Shown piece by piece: positions 8,752-17,396 of a DNA stretch of 51,021 nt. The notes beneath the pieces are model-generated. The model did no database searches. It was given only the letters and a program-made list of their open reading frames with translations, and was not told where the DNA came from. This stretch comes from Cyanobacteria bacterium P01_D01_bin.156. GTDB taxonomy: Bacteria > Cyanobacteriota > Cyanobacteriia > Phormidesmidales > Phormidesmidaceae. Positions within the stretch are counted from its first letter, which is position 1; each line of letters starts with the position of its first letter. Position numbers and translations under genes: made by a program. The stretch is taken from assembly GCA_039024555.1 (NCBI GenBank), contig JBCCQQ010000047.1:1-51021 (forward strand), written 5' to 3'.

Positions 8752-9843
8752 TCACCCTTCTTCAAAAGCTAGCTGAGCATTGTAGGTGCCTACACCATCT
8801 TTTCTCTCTTTACGTATTGCTTTTCGCATGGGTTTTGACAAATATGATTTTTTCTTCAATTCCTCATCAGTTTTCTCAAGAAGCTCATCCACAATTGCAC
8901 AAGCTTCTTGATCCATAGGATCTTGTGATTGTGATAGTTTTGAAGGCTCTGGAAATAATGAGCTAGAAGAGTCTTCTAGATATAGCTTTTTCTTAATAGT
9001 TGAAGTATGGATATCTTTAAATGTATTTTTGATCTTCTGTATATGTAAATTTGTGCAGTATGGTCCATCTTTCTGACGAATAAAATACGCACCTGTATAA
9101 AGAATTCCATGCGTTTTATGTAAATTATATTCGACTAGATAGACTATTTTGTGTAGAGCAAAGTATGAAATATATTTTTGTTTGTTCAGTATATATTGAA
9201 CTAAATCAATTAAACTTTCTCCTACCTTTCCATAGACTTTTTTCTTCTTGACCCCCTGAGATTTCATAACATCTGAAATAAACTTATAGTCAGATTGCTG
9301 GTTAATAAAGCTCCGATGGAGCATAGCTCTTTGGCCTGGATGGTAAATAGGTATAAGAATCCTGCCATACCAGTTGCAGCGAGTTCTGACAGACTCCTTT
9401 AGAGTCAATTTGTGAGGTTCTATATAGGTTAGAGCCCGAAGAGCTGTGGCACCTATTGTTACAATTATTTTGGGGTCAACTACATCTATTTGCTGCTTAA
9501 GGAAAGCAGAACAGTTTGCGATCTCATTCGTTTTAGGCGTTGCATTATTACCATCCTCAGAACGAGGGTTGCAAAGAACAGCATTTGTTACAAATATTTC
9601 ACTGCGCGATATATTTGCAAACTCAAGTAAAGCCTCAAAATTATGCCCTGACTTGTCTCCGTAAAAAGGAATTCCTGTATCATCAGCACCCAAACGTCCC
9701 GGGGCTTCTCCAATAAACATAGCTTCTGCTAAAACTCTCCCAGAAGCTGGGCCAAGAATCTTCGCACTATGCTGCATACGCTCACAGTTAGTGCATGATT
9801 TGACCTGTGTACACAAAATCTCAAATGATTTTTCCTTATCCAA
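8752..9843 (-). CDS. Family-4 [4Fe-4S] uracil-DNA glycosylase fused to a C-terminal Panacea/SocA (DUF4065)-like domain
   Basis: CTNC, FIGEAPG, PFYGDKSG, TNAVLCNP and YHP in the N-terminal ~195 aa. C-terminal 'LHKIVYL...FIRQKDGPY'. TTG start with GGAG upstream. Confidence 0.85.
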   Translation of the reverse strand: MDKEKSFEILCTQVKSCTNCERMQHSAKILGPASGRVLAEAMFIGEAPGRLGADDTGIPFYGDKSGHNFEALLEFANISRSEIFVTNAVLCNPRSEDGNNATPKTNEIANCSAFLKQQIDVVDPKIIVTIGATALRALTYIEPHKLTLKESVRTRCNWYGRILIPIYHPGQRAMLHRSFINQQSDYKFISDVMKSQGVKKKKVYGKVGESLIDLVQYILNKQKYISYFALHKIVYLVEYNLHKTHGILYTGAYFIRQKDGPYCTNLHIQKIKNTFKDIHTSTIKKKLYLEDSSSSLFPEPSKLSQSQDPMDQEACAIVDELLEKTDEELKKKSYLSKPMRKAIRKERKDGVGTYNAQLAFEEG

Positions 9844-9848
9844 TGGCC

Positions 9849-10592
9849 CTACTCCCCAAATAAAAGTTCCTGCTGCATATTGAGCCTTGCAAGCGCTTCC
9901 AAAGGACCTTTATGATCTGAATAAGCCCGGACTGAGTGACATATTAACTTACCAGCATTGGTATCTGTAGCATTTGCAACGAAGTCAAGTAATTGACCTA
10001 ACCCAATAAAATTGCCCAGTGCCTTTTCAAAAAAATCATGATTTCTGTAAACAACAACTAGATCTAGTGTGCCTTTAACAGGTTGCACGAACTGCAGATA
10101 CTGAAGACATGGATTTCCTAATCGCTTAGCTAAAGAATCATAATCAGCTGATGAAATATGAATTGGATTGGTTGTTCTGAACCACCTGTCTTCGTTATTA
10201 AGAACCTTAATGATAGTCTCTAGCTGGTTATTATTAGCATCATCCCCAAAACAGATCATTCTTCTAAAGTAAGTACCCCATCTATCTTTCTTTTGATTGC
10301 CCAAACGACTTCTTCGAGAATCTACTTCAAGGTAGTACTTATAAAGTTCATCTCTTGTACGCTCTTTTACAAGACGTCTAGGAAATATGGTGTTGATCAC
10401 ATCCGATAGTGATGTACCGTTCGACTTTGGAATGAATGATCTGGGGTTGTAGGTCGAGATCCATTCCTCATCTAAGACTTTGGGATTCTCAATTGTTGTT
10501 ACTAGATTGAATAAACTATAATCTTGTTCGATAAGGATATTACATCCCTCTTTCCATGCTTCTAAGCATGTTTCTCCACTTACATGATACAT
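9849..10592 (-). CDS. Divergent thymidylate synthase-fold protein
   Basis: 'GNPCLQYLQF' (catalytic Cys), 'YRNHD' (QRSxD equivalent), 'ALGNF' (Asn177 equivalent), 'NQLETII', 'CHSVRAY'. Confidence 0.75.
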   Translation of the reverse strand: MYHVSGETCLEAWKEGCNILIEQDYSLFNLVTTIENPKVLDEEWISTYNPRSFIPKSNGTSLSDVINTIFPRRLVKERTRDELYKYYLEVDSRRSRLGNQKKDRWGTYFRRMICFGDDANNNQLETIIKVLNNEDRWFRTTNPIHISSADYDSLAKRLGNPCLQYLQFVQPVKGTLDLVVVYRNHDFFEKALGNFIGLGQLLDFVANATDTNAGKLICHSVRAYSDHKGPLEALARLNMQQELLFGE

Positions 10593-11489
10593 CTACAGCT
10601 TGTGTAAAAAACTAATCTCTCTAGCTAATAAGTCAATCTTGACATATCCCCCATTATAGCGATTTAATTTTCTGTACACTTCATATCCTTTTAGGATAGA
10701 CAATCTCCATTCGTATAGTGTTCTATCTTTAACCTCAAAACCTGAGACTAAATTTCGGATTGTTGACAAAACATCTAAATCAATTTCTCGGAGGTTTTCA
10801 AGCATGTAATGTCGTTTGGCATAGCTAAATATATAGAGAGATATAGCTTCTTCTGTAATTCGTGCTCTTGCTCCATCTTCTACTTCATCAACTTGAGGAC
10901 TAGATTTCCGCTTGATATTCAGTAGGTCACGAAGCACTGGGGACCAACCTAAAATAGCTGCATACGATAGGTGAAAGACATCATGAAATCTGTAAAGATC
11001 ATCTACATATGAGTTATCGGTCAATGTGTCGCCAATTTTATTCTCATTTCCTTCTGAATCAACTATGTAAACACTAGCTGCTTCATCATTTTGATTTTTC
11101 TCAAACCGTAATAACAGCTTGCGTGGTAATTGTTCTTCTGCAGGAAAACTTTGATCGTAGATTATGTATTCTTCTCGGCACTTAGAGCTACTAACCCAGC
11201 GATCTTCAGCTTTGTCTAGATTTTCTTTTGCAATTTCATTTAATGATAAATCCCACTTAGATGCTAAATTTGCGACGTACCACAAGACATCACCAATCTC
11301 TTCTCTTAAGTCGAGAATAAAATGTTCATAACTTTCACCATCTCGAATCCTTTTCTTAAAGCATGTGACCAGCGAGCCTAGCTCCCCAATTATCCCTAAG
11401 ATAGGTATCGTCAAAGATGCACCATCATCATTTACATCCGGAAATTGATCAGTGAGCTGAGCTTTTTTTTGATATTCATCTAGTTCCAT
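10593..11489 (-). CDS. MazG-like nucleotide pyrophosphohydrolase with C-terminal MazG-C domain
   Basis: 'YQ...LGIIGELGSL...EEIGDVLWY' MazG core and C-terminal 'DLYRFHDVFH' (DxYRxHDxxH), 'EVEDGARA'. Confidence 0.88.
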   Translation of the reverse strand: MELDEYQKKAQLTDQFPDVNDDGASLTIPILGIIGELGSLVTCFKKRIRDGESYEHFILDLREEIGDVLWYVANLASKWDLSLNEIAKENLDKAEDRWVSSSKCREEYIIYDQSFPAEEQLPRKLLLRFEKNQNDEAASVYIVDSEGNENKIGDTLTDNSYVDDLYRFHDVFHLSYAAILGWSPVLRDLLNIKRKSSPQVDEVEDGARARITEEAISLYIFSYAKRHYMLENLREIDLDVLSTIRNLVSGFEVKDRTLYEWRLSILKGYEVYRKLNRYNGGYVKIDLLAREISFLHKL

Positions 11490-11642
11490 ATGACCTTGTA
11501 CTTAAAGCAGCTAGTTCAAATTGTTGAATACGTTCTAAAGCCGCTCATTATGCAAAGCTTGTTTGGAGAATGCTTTGAAAGGTAGATTATATTAATCTAC
11601 TAATTTCCTTAGAGAAGTATGAAACATGATTTCACCACATAG

Positions 11643-11777
11643 CTAGTGGAGCGTCAAAGCTAAAAATTAGGATTGACCCAGTTATTCAGTGAGTCGTGAA
11701 TCGCATTCTTGATAAGGTCTAGCGGTAGTAAAGGCGATTCTCATCGATCCCAAATCTCAGTCTTGACGCTCCACTAG
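11643..11777. mobile_element. MITE-like element (127 bp between two CTAG copies)
   Basis: Perfect 15-bp inverted repeat CTAGTGGAGCGTCAA (11643-11657) / TTGACGCTCCACTAG (11763-11777), extending imperfectly inward (about 23/30). CTAG at both ends may be a target duplication. No coding capacity. Confidence 0.65.
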
Positions 11778-12053
11778 TAGAGTAATCTGCTCAAGTTCTC
11801 GGATTACGAAATCCTGACTGTCTTTGGCTTTAAAATCATTCGAAATGCTTACAGCATATAGTCGATCCCTAGCAGCCTGATGCGTCTGTTTACGTAAAAA
11901 GTAGATGGCAGCTTCTAAACGCTTTTCGGACAGCTTCTCTAACTGTTGAAAACCATTTTTTATTCATTATTACGCTACTTCAAAACTGCAGAGCTTAGTC
12001 AAATTATACTCAAACTAAAATCAAATGGCCTCGCTGCAATTGTGACTACTTAA

Positions 12054-12542
12054 CTATGCAACAATCTCCAAACTTAACCCATAGGTCTTCATCAAATTGC
12101 ATGTATCGTGATCCACCACATTGGTATCACTTAGCTCTAGATTATAGAAATTAATCATATCCGTCTCAAAATAAGGTCCTGCATGCCAAGTGCCCACTTC
12201 CAGCTTGATAAAACAATCTCCAGGAATCTTAAACGCCTGAATTTGTTGTGGGTCTGGTGCAGGTCCCTTACAAGGTGGAGCTACTGCCATCAGCCACTCT
12301 TTTCCTTCCAGAGACCCTAAACACTGGGTGCAGGCTAAATGCCGCGTAATCCGATCAAACCGGGTGCCCTTCTGCTTCAGTTGCATAATGTAAAAACGCG
12401 GAATTCCTCCGTCCAGCTTTAGCTGTGCATCTTCAGAATCGTAAGCTTTACCATCCCCCTGGGGACGTAACACCTGGCCAAAGGGACGAAATGCTTCGGC
12501 AGTCAACGGTTGAGCCTTAAGCTGTTGCAACCTAGTTTCCAT
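12054..12542 (-). CDS. allA: Ureidoglycolate lyase family protein
   Basis: 'LTAEAFRPFGQV', 'TRHLACTQCL', 'GTWHAGP' cupin-like motifs. Confidence 0.75.
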   Translation of the reverse strand: METRLQQLKAQPLTAEAFRPFGQVLRPQGDGKAYDSEDAQLKLDGGIPRFYIMQLKQKGTRFDRITRHLACTQCLGSLEGKEWLMAVAPPCKGPAPDPQQIQAFKIPGDCFIKLEVGTWHAGPYFETDMINFYNLELSDTNVVDHDTCNLMKTYGLSLEIVA

Positions 12543-12824
12543 AGAGCCCTGTAGAGAAGTAACCTCTATATTTTGTTGGGTGTCTTAAGGTAGCAACAAG
12601 GCAAATTGATAATGCGTCACATCCAACTCAACCGATGAAACACCTACAGACTGTGAACTAGTTCCAAACCTTACAACACATCAAAAATGCGGTGAGGTAC
12701 GTCAGAACTTATGCGATTCTGGGGAATGCACTTTTTGCAATTGCTGATTTTTTGAGCATAACCCGACCTGGTTTAACACTGCCTAGGGTCAGCAATGCCA
12801 ACTATACGTACCCTCTCCGACCCC

Positions 12825-13976
12825 ATGGATAATAAAGCAATGCTAATGATTCCGGGACCCACCCCGGTGCCCGAAAAGGTCCTCCAAGCCATGGGTAAAC
12901 ATCCCATCGGCCATCGCAGCGGTGACTTTGGTAAAATCATCGGTGAAATTAATGAAGGCCTCCAGTGGCTGTTTCAAACCAAAAACGAAGTCCTAACCCT
13001 CTGCGCCAGCGGTACCGGCTGTGTTGAAGCAGGGATCATAAACTTCCTCAGTGCTGGTGATAAGGTGCTGGTGGGTAGTAACGGTAAGTTTGGCGATCGC
13101 TGGGCACAGATTGCGAAAGCCTTTGGCTTAGATGTGCAGGTAATCCAAACCGACTGGGGTGTCCCCCTCGATCCTGAAGACTTTGGTACAGCCTTAGAAG
13201 CTGATACTGATAAGGCCATCAAGGCCGTCATCGTTACCCATAGTGAAACTTCGAGCGGTGTACTTAACCCTGTTGAAGCCATCAATGAAAAGGTTAAAGC
13301 CCATGGTGACGCCATCATTATTGTGGATGCGGTAACGAGCTTGGCATCCTATGACCTAAAAGTTGATGAACTAGGTCTAGACGTAGTCGCCTCGGGTTCC
13401 CAAAAGGGTTTCATGATTCCCCCTGGTATGGGCTTTGTTTCGGTGAGCGAAAAGGCCTGGGCCGCTTACGAGAATGCCACTCTGCCCAAGTTTTACATGG
13501 ACCTGGGTAAGTATCGTAAATCCTTTGCTAAAAACAGCACCCCTTTTACACCGCCAGTGAATCTGTATTTTGGTCTACAGGCGGCCTTGGAAATGATGAA
13601 GGCAGAAGGTCTGGAAAATATCTTTGCTCGCCACGAGCGCCAAAAGCAGGCCTGCCGTGCAGCGATGAAAGCACTGGGGCTGCCTCTGCTCGCTCCCGAT
13701 GAGTACAGTAGCCCAGCGGTTACATCGGTGATCCCCGGTGATATCGTCAGCGCTGAGGATATTCGCTCTACCATGCGCAAACAGTTTGACATTGCGTTGG
13801 CAGGTGGGCAGGACCATCTGAAGGGCAAAATCTTTAGAATCGGTCACCTAGGGTTTGTCTGCGATCGCGACATTCTTACCACCATCGCCTCCCTAGAAAC
13901 CACACTAGCCATTTTGGGCTACGAAGGTTTCGCCCCTGGCAGTGGCGTTTCTGCCGCCAGTCAGGTATTGCGTTAA
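12825..13976 (+). CDS. Class V PLP aminotransferase (alanine-glyoxylate/serine-pyruvate; DhsS-like)
   Basis: 'LMIPGPTP', 'HSETSSG', 'VDAVTSL', 'SGSQKG' (PLP Lys), 'FRIGHLG'. ATG 12825 preferred over 12795. Confidence 0.93.
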   Translation: MDNKAMLMIPGPTPVPEKVLQAMGKHPIGHRSGDFGKIIGEINEGLQWLFQTKNEVLTLCASGTGCVEAGIINFLSAGDKVLVGSNGKFGDRWAQIAKAFGLDVQVIQTDWGVPLDPEDFGTALEADTDKAIKAVIVTHSETSSGVLNPVEAINEKVKAHGDAIIIVDAVTSLASYDLKVDELGLDVVASGSQKGFMIPPGMGFVSVSEKAWAAYENATLPKFYMDLGKYRKSFAKNSTPFTPPVNLYFGLQAALEMMKAEGLENIFARHERQKQACRAAMKALGLPLLAPDEYSSPAVTSVIPGDIVSAEDIRSTMRKQFDIALAGGQDHLKGKIFRIGHLGFVCDRDILTTIASLETTLAILGYEGFAPGSGVSAASQVLR

Positions 13977-13981
13977 CTCCC

Positions 13982-14008
13982 GTAGGGGCACCTCTTGGGG
14001 GTGCCCTA
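13982..14008. repeat. REP-like hairpin between convergent genes (possible bidirectional terminator)
   Basis: GTAGGGGCACCTC-TT-GGGGGTGCCCTA. Confidence 0.55.
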
Positions 14009-14569
14009 TTCCTCTAAATAAGTAATCTCTACTCGGTCTCCAGGCTCCAGACCTAGCTCAGCTGACCGTCCGATGCGTAGCTCAATCACATTGTCTACCA
14101 ATAGTCGGCCTGGACCATAGGTGGGGCAGGGATCTGCAGTACATGGGGGAGCCTCAGCAATGCCCTGTACCTGACCCTGGTACAAAAACACCATATCCAA
14201 CCCTACGGGCACATTTTTCATCCAAAAAGCAACGGGCCGGGCTGGACTAAAGGGAAATAACATTCCCCGGTTATCTGGAAGCACGTTACGGTGCATGAGC
14301 CCCAGCTGTTGCTCTGCAGATGTACGTGCTACTTCTAAGTCAAAAGGTTCACCAGCAATCGTTGCTTGGGCTGTAATGGGTAATACTTGACCAGGTCCAG
14401 TCAGCATAGAAGTCGGATCGGCAGTAGCGGACTCAGCATTATTGGTGGACGTAGAAGAGGCTGACACATCAGCGACTGATGTGTTGGTGCAGGCAAGCAG
14501 CAGACAGCACAGACCCACTATGGAAAAACATCGCATCAGTAAATTTTGTGTCTTACGCCGATTGCTCAC
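14006..14569 (-). CDS. DUF192 family protein, probable lipoprotein
   Basis: 'GLMHR...RGMLF...FWMKNV..LDMVF...VIEL'; lipobox-like 'LLLAC'. Confidence 0.88.
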   Translation of the reverse strand: MSNRRKTQNLLMRCFSIVGLCCLLLACTNTSVADVSASSTSTNNAESATADPTSMLTGPGQVLPITAQATIAGEPFDLEVARTSAEQQLGLMHRNVLPDNRGMLFPFSPARPVAFWMKNVPVGLDMVFLYQGQVQGIAEAPPCTADPCPTYGPGRLLVDNVIELRIGRSAELGLEPGDRVEITYLEE

Positions 14570-14658
14570 ACCTGTTTTCCTTTATTAAATATCGTGATAT
14601 CGCTGCTGCTAGGGACACGGGCGGCTGTGCTCCTAAAAGGGGCTATAAAGGGGCTATT

Positions 14659-15348
14659 CTAGGTATCCCGTAAAACATAGCCGACACCGCGAACAGTTTG
14701 AATGAGTCGCTTTTCGCCATCGGCGTCAATTTTTAACCGGAGGTAGCGAACATACACTTCAATGACGTTGGATTCGCCCATAAAGTTATACCCCCAGACA
14801 TTCTCAAGGATCTGTTCTCGAGTTAAGACTTCTCGCGGGTGCTCCATCAAATATTTGAGCAACTCAAATTCTTTCATCGTCAGGTCAATTACTCGGCTGC
14901 CGCGTATGGCCTGGCGATTGGTAATGTTAAGGGTCAGTTCACCAAAAACAAGCTGTTCAACACCGTACTCACTGGGTTGTAGATAGGCGCTTACTAGCGC
15001 TAGAAATTCATCGCTACGGTAAGGTTTGAGGAAGTAGTCATCGGCCCCAGATTCTATACAGGCCACACGATCGTCTAAGTTATCGCGGGCCATCAGTAGC
15101 AACATGGGGGTGCGATCTCCCTGCGATCGCAGTTGTTGACAGAGATCTAACCCTGACTCCCCTGCTAGCATCCGATTCACCACAATCAAAGCAGGATGAC
15201 GTGCCCGCACCTCTTCCATACCGGAATCGATGGTCGTCGCCACTAGGGGAATATAGCCAGACTCCCGCAGGTCACTGCTAACGTGGTGGGCCAGTTCTTC
15301 ATTGGCCTCTACCAGCAAAACACAAGGAGCCGCTTCAGCAGCACTCAT
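14659..15348 (-). CDS. nblR: OmpR-family response regulator NblR
   Basis: Atypical receiver plus winged HTH 'LTMKEFELLKYLM...GESNVIEVYVRYLRLK'; adjacent to DUF192 as is usual for nblR. ATG at 15348. Confidence 0.8.
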   Translation of the reverse strand: MSAAEAAPCVLLVEANEELAHHVSSDLRESGYIPLVATTIDSGMEEVRARHPALIVVNRMLAGESGLDLCQQLRSQGDRTPMLLLMARDNLDDRVACIESGADDYFLKPYRSDEFLALVSAYLQPSEYGVEQLVFGELTLNITNRQAIRGSRVIDLTMKEFELLKYLMEHPREVLTREQILENVWGYNFMGESNVIEVYVRYLRLKIDADGEKRLIQTVRGVGYVLRDT

Positions 15349-15465
15349 GGAGAAAAAACCTCCCGATACGGAAAACGCCAAAAATTATTCATTACACGCA
15401 AATACTAGCGTGTGGTTATACAAACGCCATAAGTTAAGAAATATATGGAAACAACTAAGAGGTTT

Positions 15466-16986
15466 ATGACTGTCGGGATTTGGATACTAGGGGATCAACT
15501 ATGGAGTCAGCAGGCAGCGCTAGCCAGTGCAGCAACGGCTCCAGTAATTTTGATTGAGTCCCGTCACCACAGCACTGAGCGTCGCTATCATCGTCAAAAG
15601 CTAGTGCTAGTGTGGTCTGCCATGCGTCATTTTGCAGCGGAACTAGAGGGTAACGGTAGGGCTGTCACCTATGAAATTGCTGACGATTTTGTTACACCTC
15701 TACAAACGTGGATCAAGACCCAGGGGATTACCGAGCTGCGGGTAATGGAACCCGCCGATAGACCGTTTGCCACATTTCTCAAAGCCCTCGACCTCTCCTG
15801 TCAGCTCACCATTGTTCCCAACAATCACTTTCTTTGGTCTGTCGATGAATTTAAGCAGTGGGCTGATGGCCGGAAAAGTCTGCTAATGGAATCGTTCTAT
15901 CGAGAGGGTCGCAAACGGTACGGCATTCTCATAGAAGGTACTTCGAAGAAGCCGACTCCTGTAGGGGGCCAGTGGAACTATGACAAAGAGAATCGTAAAC
16001 CGCCCCCGAAAAACAAACAACAAGGTATCAATTCTCCCGCTCCCCACTGGTTTACACCGGATGCCATCACCCGGCAGGTAATGGCCGAAGTAGCCCAGCT
16101 AGATACGTTTGGAGATCTAGACCCCTTTGGGTGGGCAGTTACTCGCAGCCAAGCCCTACAAGTACTGGACTATTTCCTTCAGGTACGTTTGGCGGGCTTT
16201 GGCCCATATCAGGACGCCATGGTAACTGGAGAAGACACTCTCTGGCATGCGTTACTTTCTCCCTATCTAAATATTGGTTTACTACACCCCCTGGAAGTGA
16301 TTCAAGCAGCGGAAACCGCTTACCAAGAAAACAATCTTCCCCTTAACAGTGTGGAAGGGTTTATTCGTCAGGTTTTAGGATGGCGAGAGTATATGCGGGG
16401 TCTCTATAGCTATGTGGCGGCAGACTATCCCCAGGGCAACTATTTTGACCACCAGAATTCTCTGCCGGACTTTTTCTGGACTGGCGATACTTCCATGAAC
16501 TGCCTGCACCAGAGTATTAACCAGGCTAAACGCACCGGCTACAATCACCATATTCAGCGGCTGATGATTCTCAGCAACTTTGCGCTGATTGCCGGTCTTT
16601 CTCCACAGCAAGTTGAATCGTGGTTCCATGCAGCATTTATTGATGCCTATGACTGGGTTATGCAAACCAACGTTATTGGCATGGGATTATTTGCCGATGG
16701 GGGGGTATTAGCGACTAAACCCTATGCGGCTTCAGCCAATTACATTAATCGTATGAGTGATTATTGTAAGGGCTGCCAGTACAGTCCTAAGGCACGCACT
16801 GGGGACAAAGCTTGCCCATTTAACTTTTTTTACTGGGACTTTCTGGCCCGACACCGCGAAAAGCTATCTCAACAAGGTCGAATGAACTTTATTCTCAAAA
16901 ACTTGGACAAAATGACTGCAGAAGAATATCAAGCTATTCGCAATCATGCCAAAGAATGGCACCAGCAGCAGCAACCTGCTTCATAA
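15466..16986 (+). CDS. Cryptochrome/photolyase family protein, FeS-BCP (PhrB-like (6-4) photolyase)
   Basis: 'ILGDQL', 'HRQKL', 'GGQWNYDKENR', 'HHIQRLM', four Cys (MNCL, YCKGC, ACPF). ATG 15466 has an AGAGG RBS. Confidence 0.9.
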   Translation: MTVGIWILGDQLWSQQAALASAATAPVILIESRHHSTERRYHRQKLVLVWSAMRHFAAELEGNGRAVTYEIADDFVTPLQTWIKTQGITELRVMEPADRPFATFLKALDLSCQLTIVPNNHFLWSVDEFKQWADGRKSLLMESFYREGRKRYGILIEGTSKKPTPVGGQWNYDKENRKPPPKNKQQGINSPAPHWFTPDAITRQVMAEVAQLDTFGDLDPFGWAVTRSQALQVLDYFLQVRLAGFGPYQDAMVTGEDTLWHALLSPYLNIGLLHPLEVIQAAETAYQENNLPLNSVEGFIRQVLGWREYMRGLYSYVAADYPQGNYFDHQNSLPDFFWTGDTSMNCLHQSINQAKRTGYNHHIQRLMILSNFALIAGLSPQQVESWFHAAFIDAYDWVMQTNVIGMGLFADGGVLATKPYAASANYINRMSDYCKGCQYSPKARTGDKACPFNFFYWDFLARHREKLSQQGRMNFILKNLDKMTAEEYQAIRNHAKEWHQQQQPAS

Positions 16987-17025
16987 TGGCCGTCACATTT
17001 CTCAGGTGTCTTTAACGGTGTTGAC

Positions 17026-17066
17026 CCTGCTCATCAGTTCAGCAAAGCATTGAACTGATGAGCAGG
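17026..17066. terminator. Strong hairpin between convergent genes
   Basis: Perfect 16-bp stem CCTGCTCATCAGTTCA / TGAACTGATGAGCAGG with a 9-nt loop. Confidence 0.65.
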
Positions 17067-17243
17067 ATGGATTTTCATTAGCTGCTCTGATGAGCAGAAC
17101 ACAGCCGCAGGGGGCCTCTATTTTGCCGTTGCTGATTTAGGGCATAACCCGATCAGTCAGACTTGTAACAGAACAGTGTCTTTTAGATAAATTCATACCG
17201 AGGATCAGCAGCGCCTCTATTTCCATCGTCAGACAATTTTTAG

Positions 17244-17396
17244 CTAGTTATGGCTTTGGGACTCCCAAGCTGCGATCGCAAGTTCCAAAGCCTTCACCAC
17301 AATAGTGTTCATGGACTGGTCTTTTGACGTTGCAAGTTGCTGAATCTCTCTTTTTATTCGGGGGGGGACATAGATTGTCATTTGTTCTGTAAGCAT
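17244..17396 (-). CDS. Small ribbon-helix-helix (CopG/Arc-like) DNA-binding protein, 50 aa, absent from ORF track
   Basis: MLTEQMTIYVPPRIKREIQQLATSKDQSMNTIVVKALELAIAAWESQSHN: beta strand 'MTIYV', helix, 'SMNTIV..AL'. AGGA upstream; contains a HIP1 site. Confidence 0.75.
   Translation of the reverse strand: MLTEQMTIYVPPRIKREIQQLATSKDQSMNTIVVKALELAIAAWESQSHN

Noticed and set aside
8752..11489. Prophage nucleotide-metabolism remnant as the explanation for the MazG/TS/UDG genes
   Set aside because: No phage structural, replication or integrase genes nearby and the ORFs are intact and coupled. An ultimate phage origin is not excluded.
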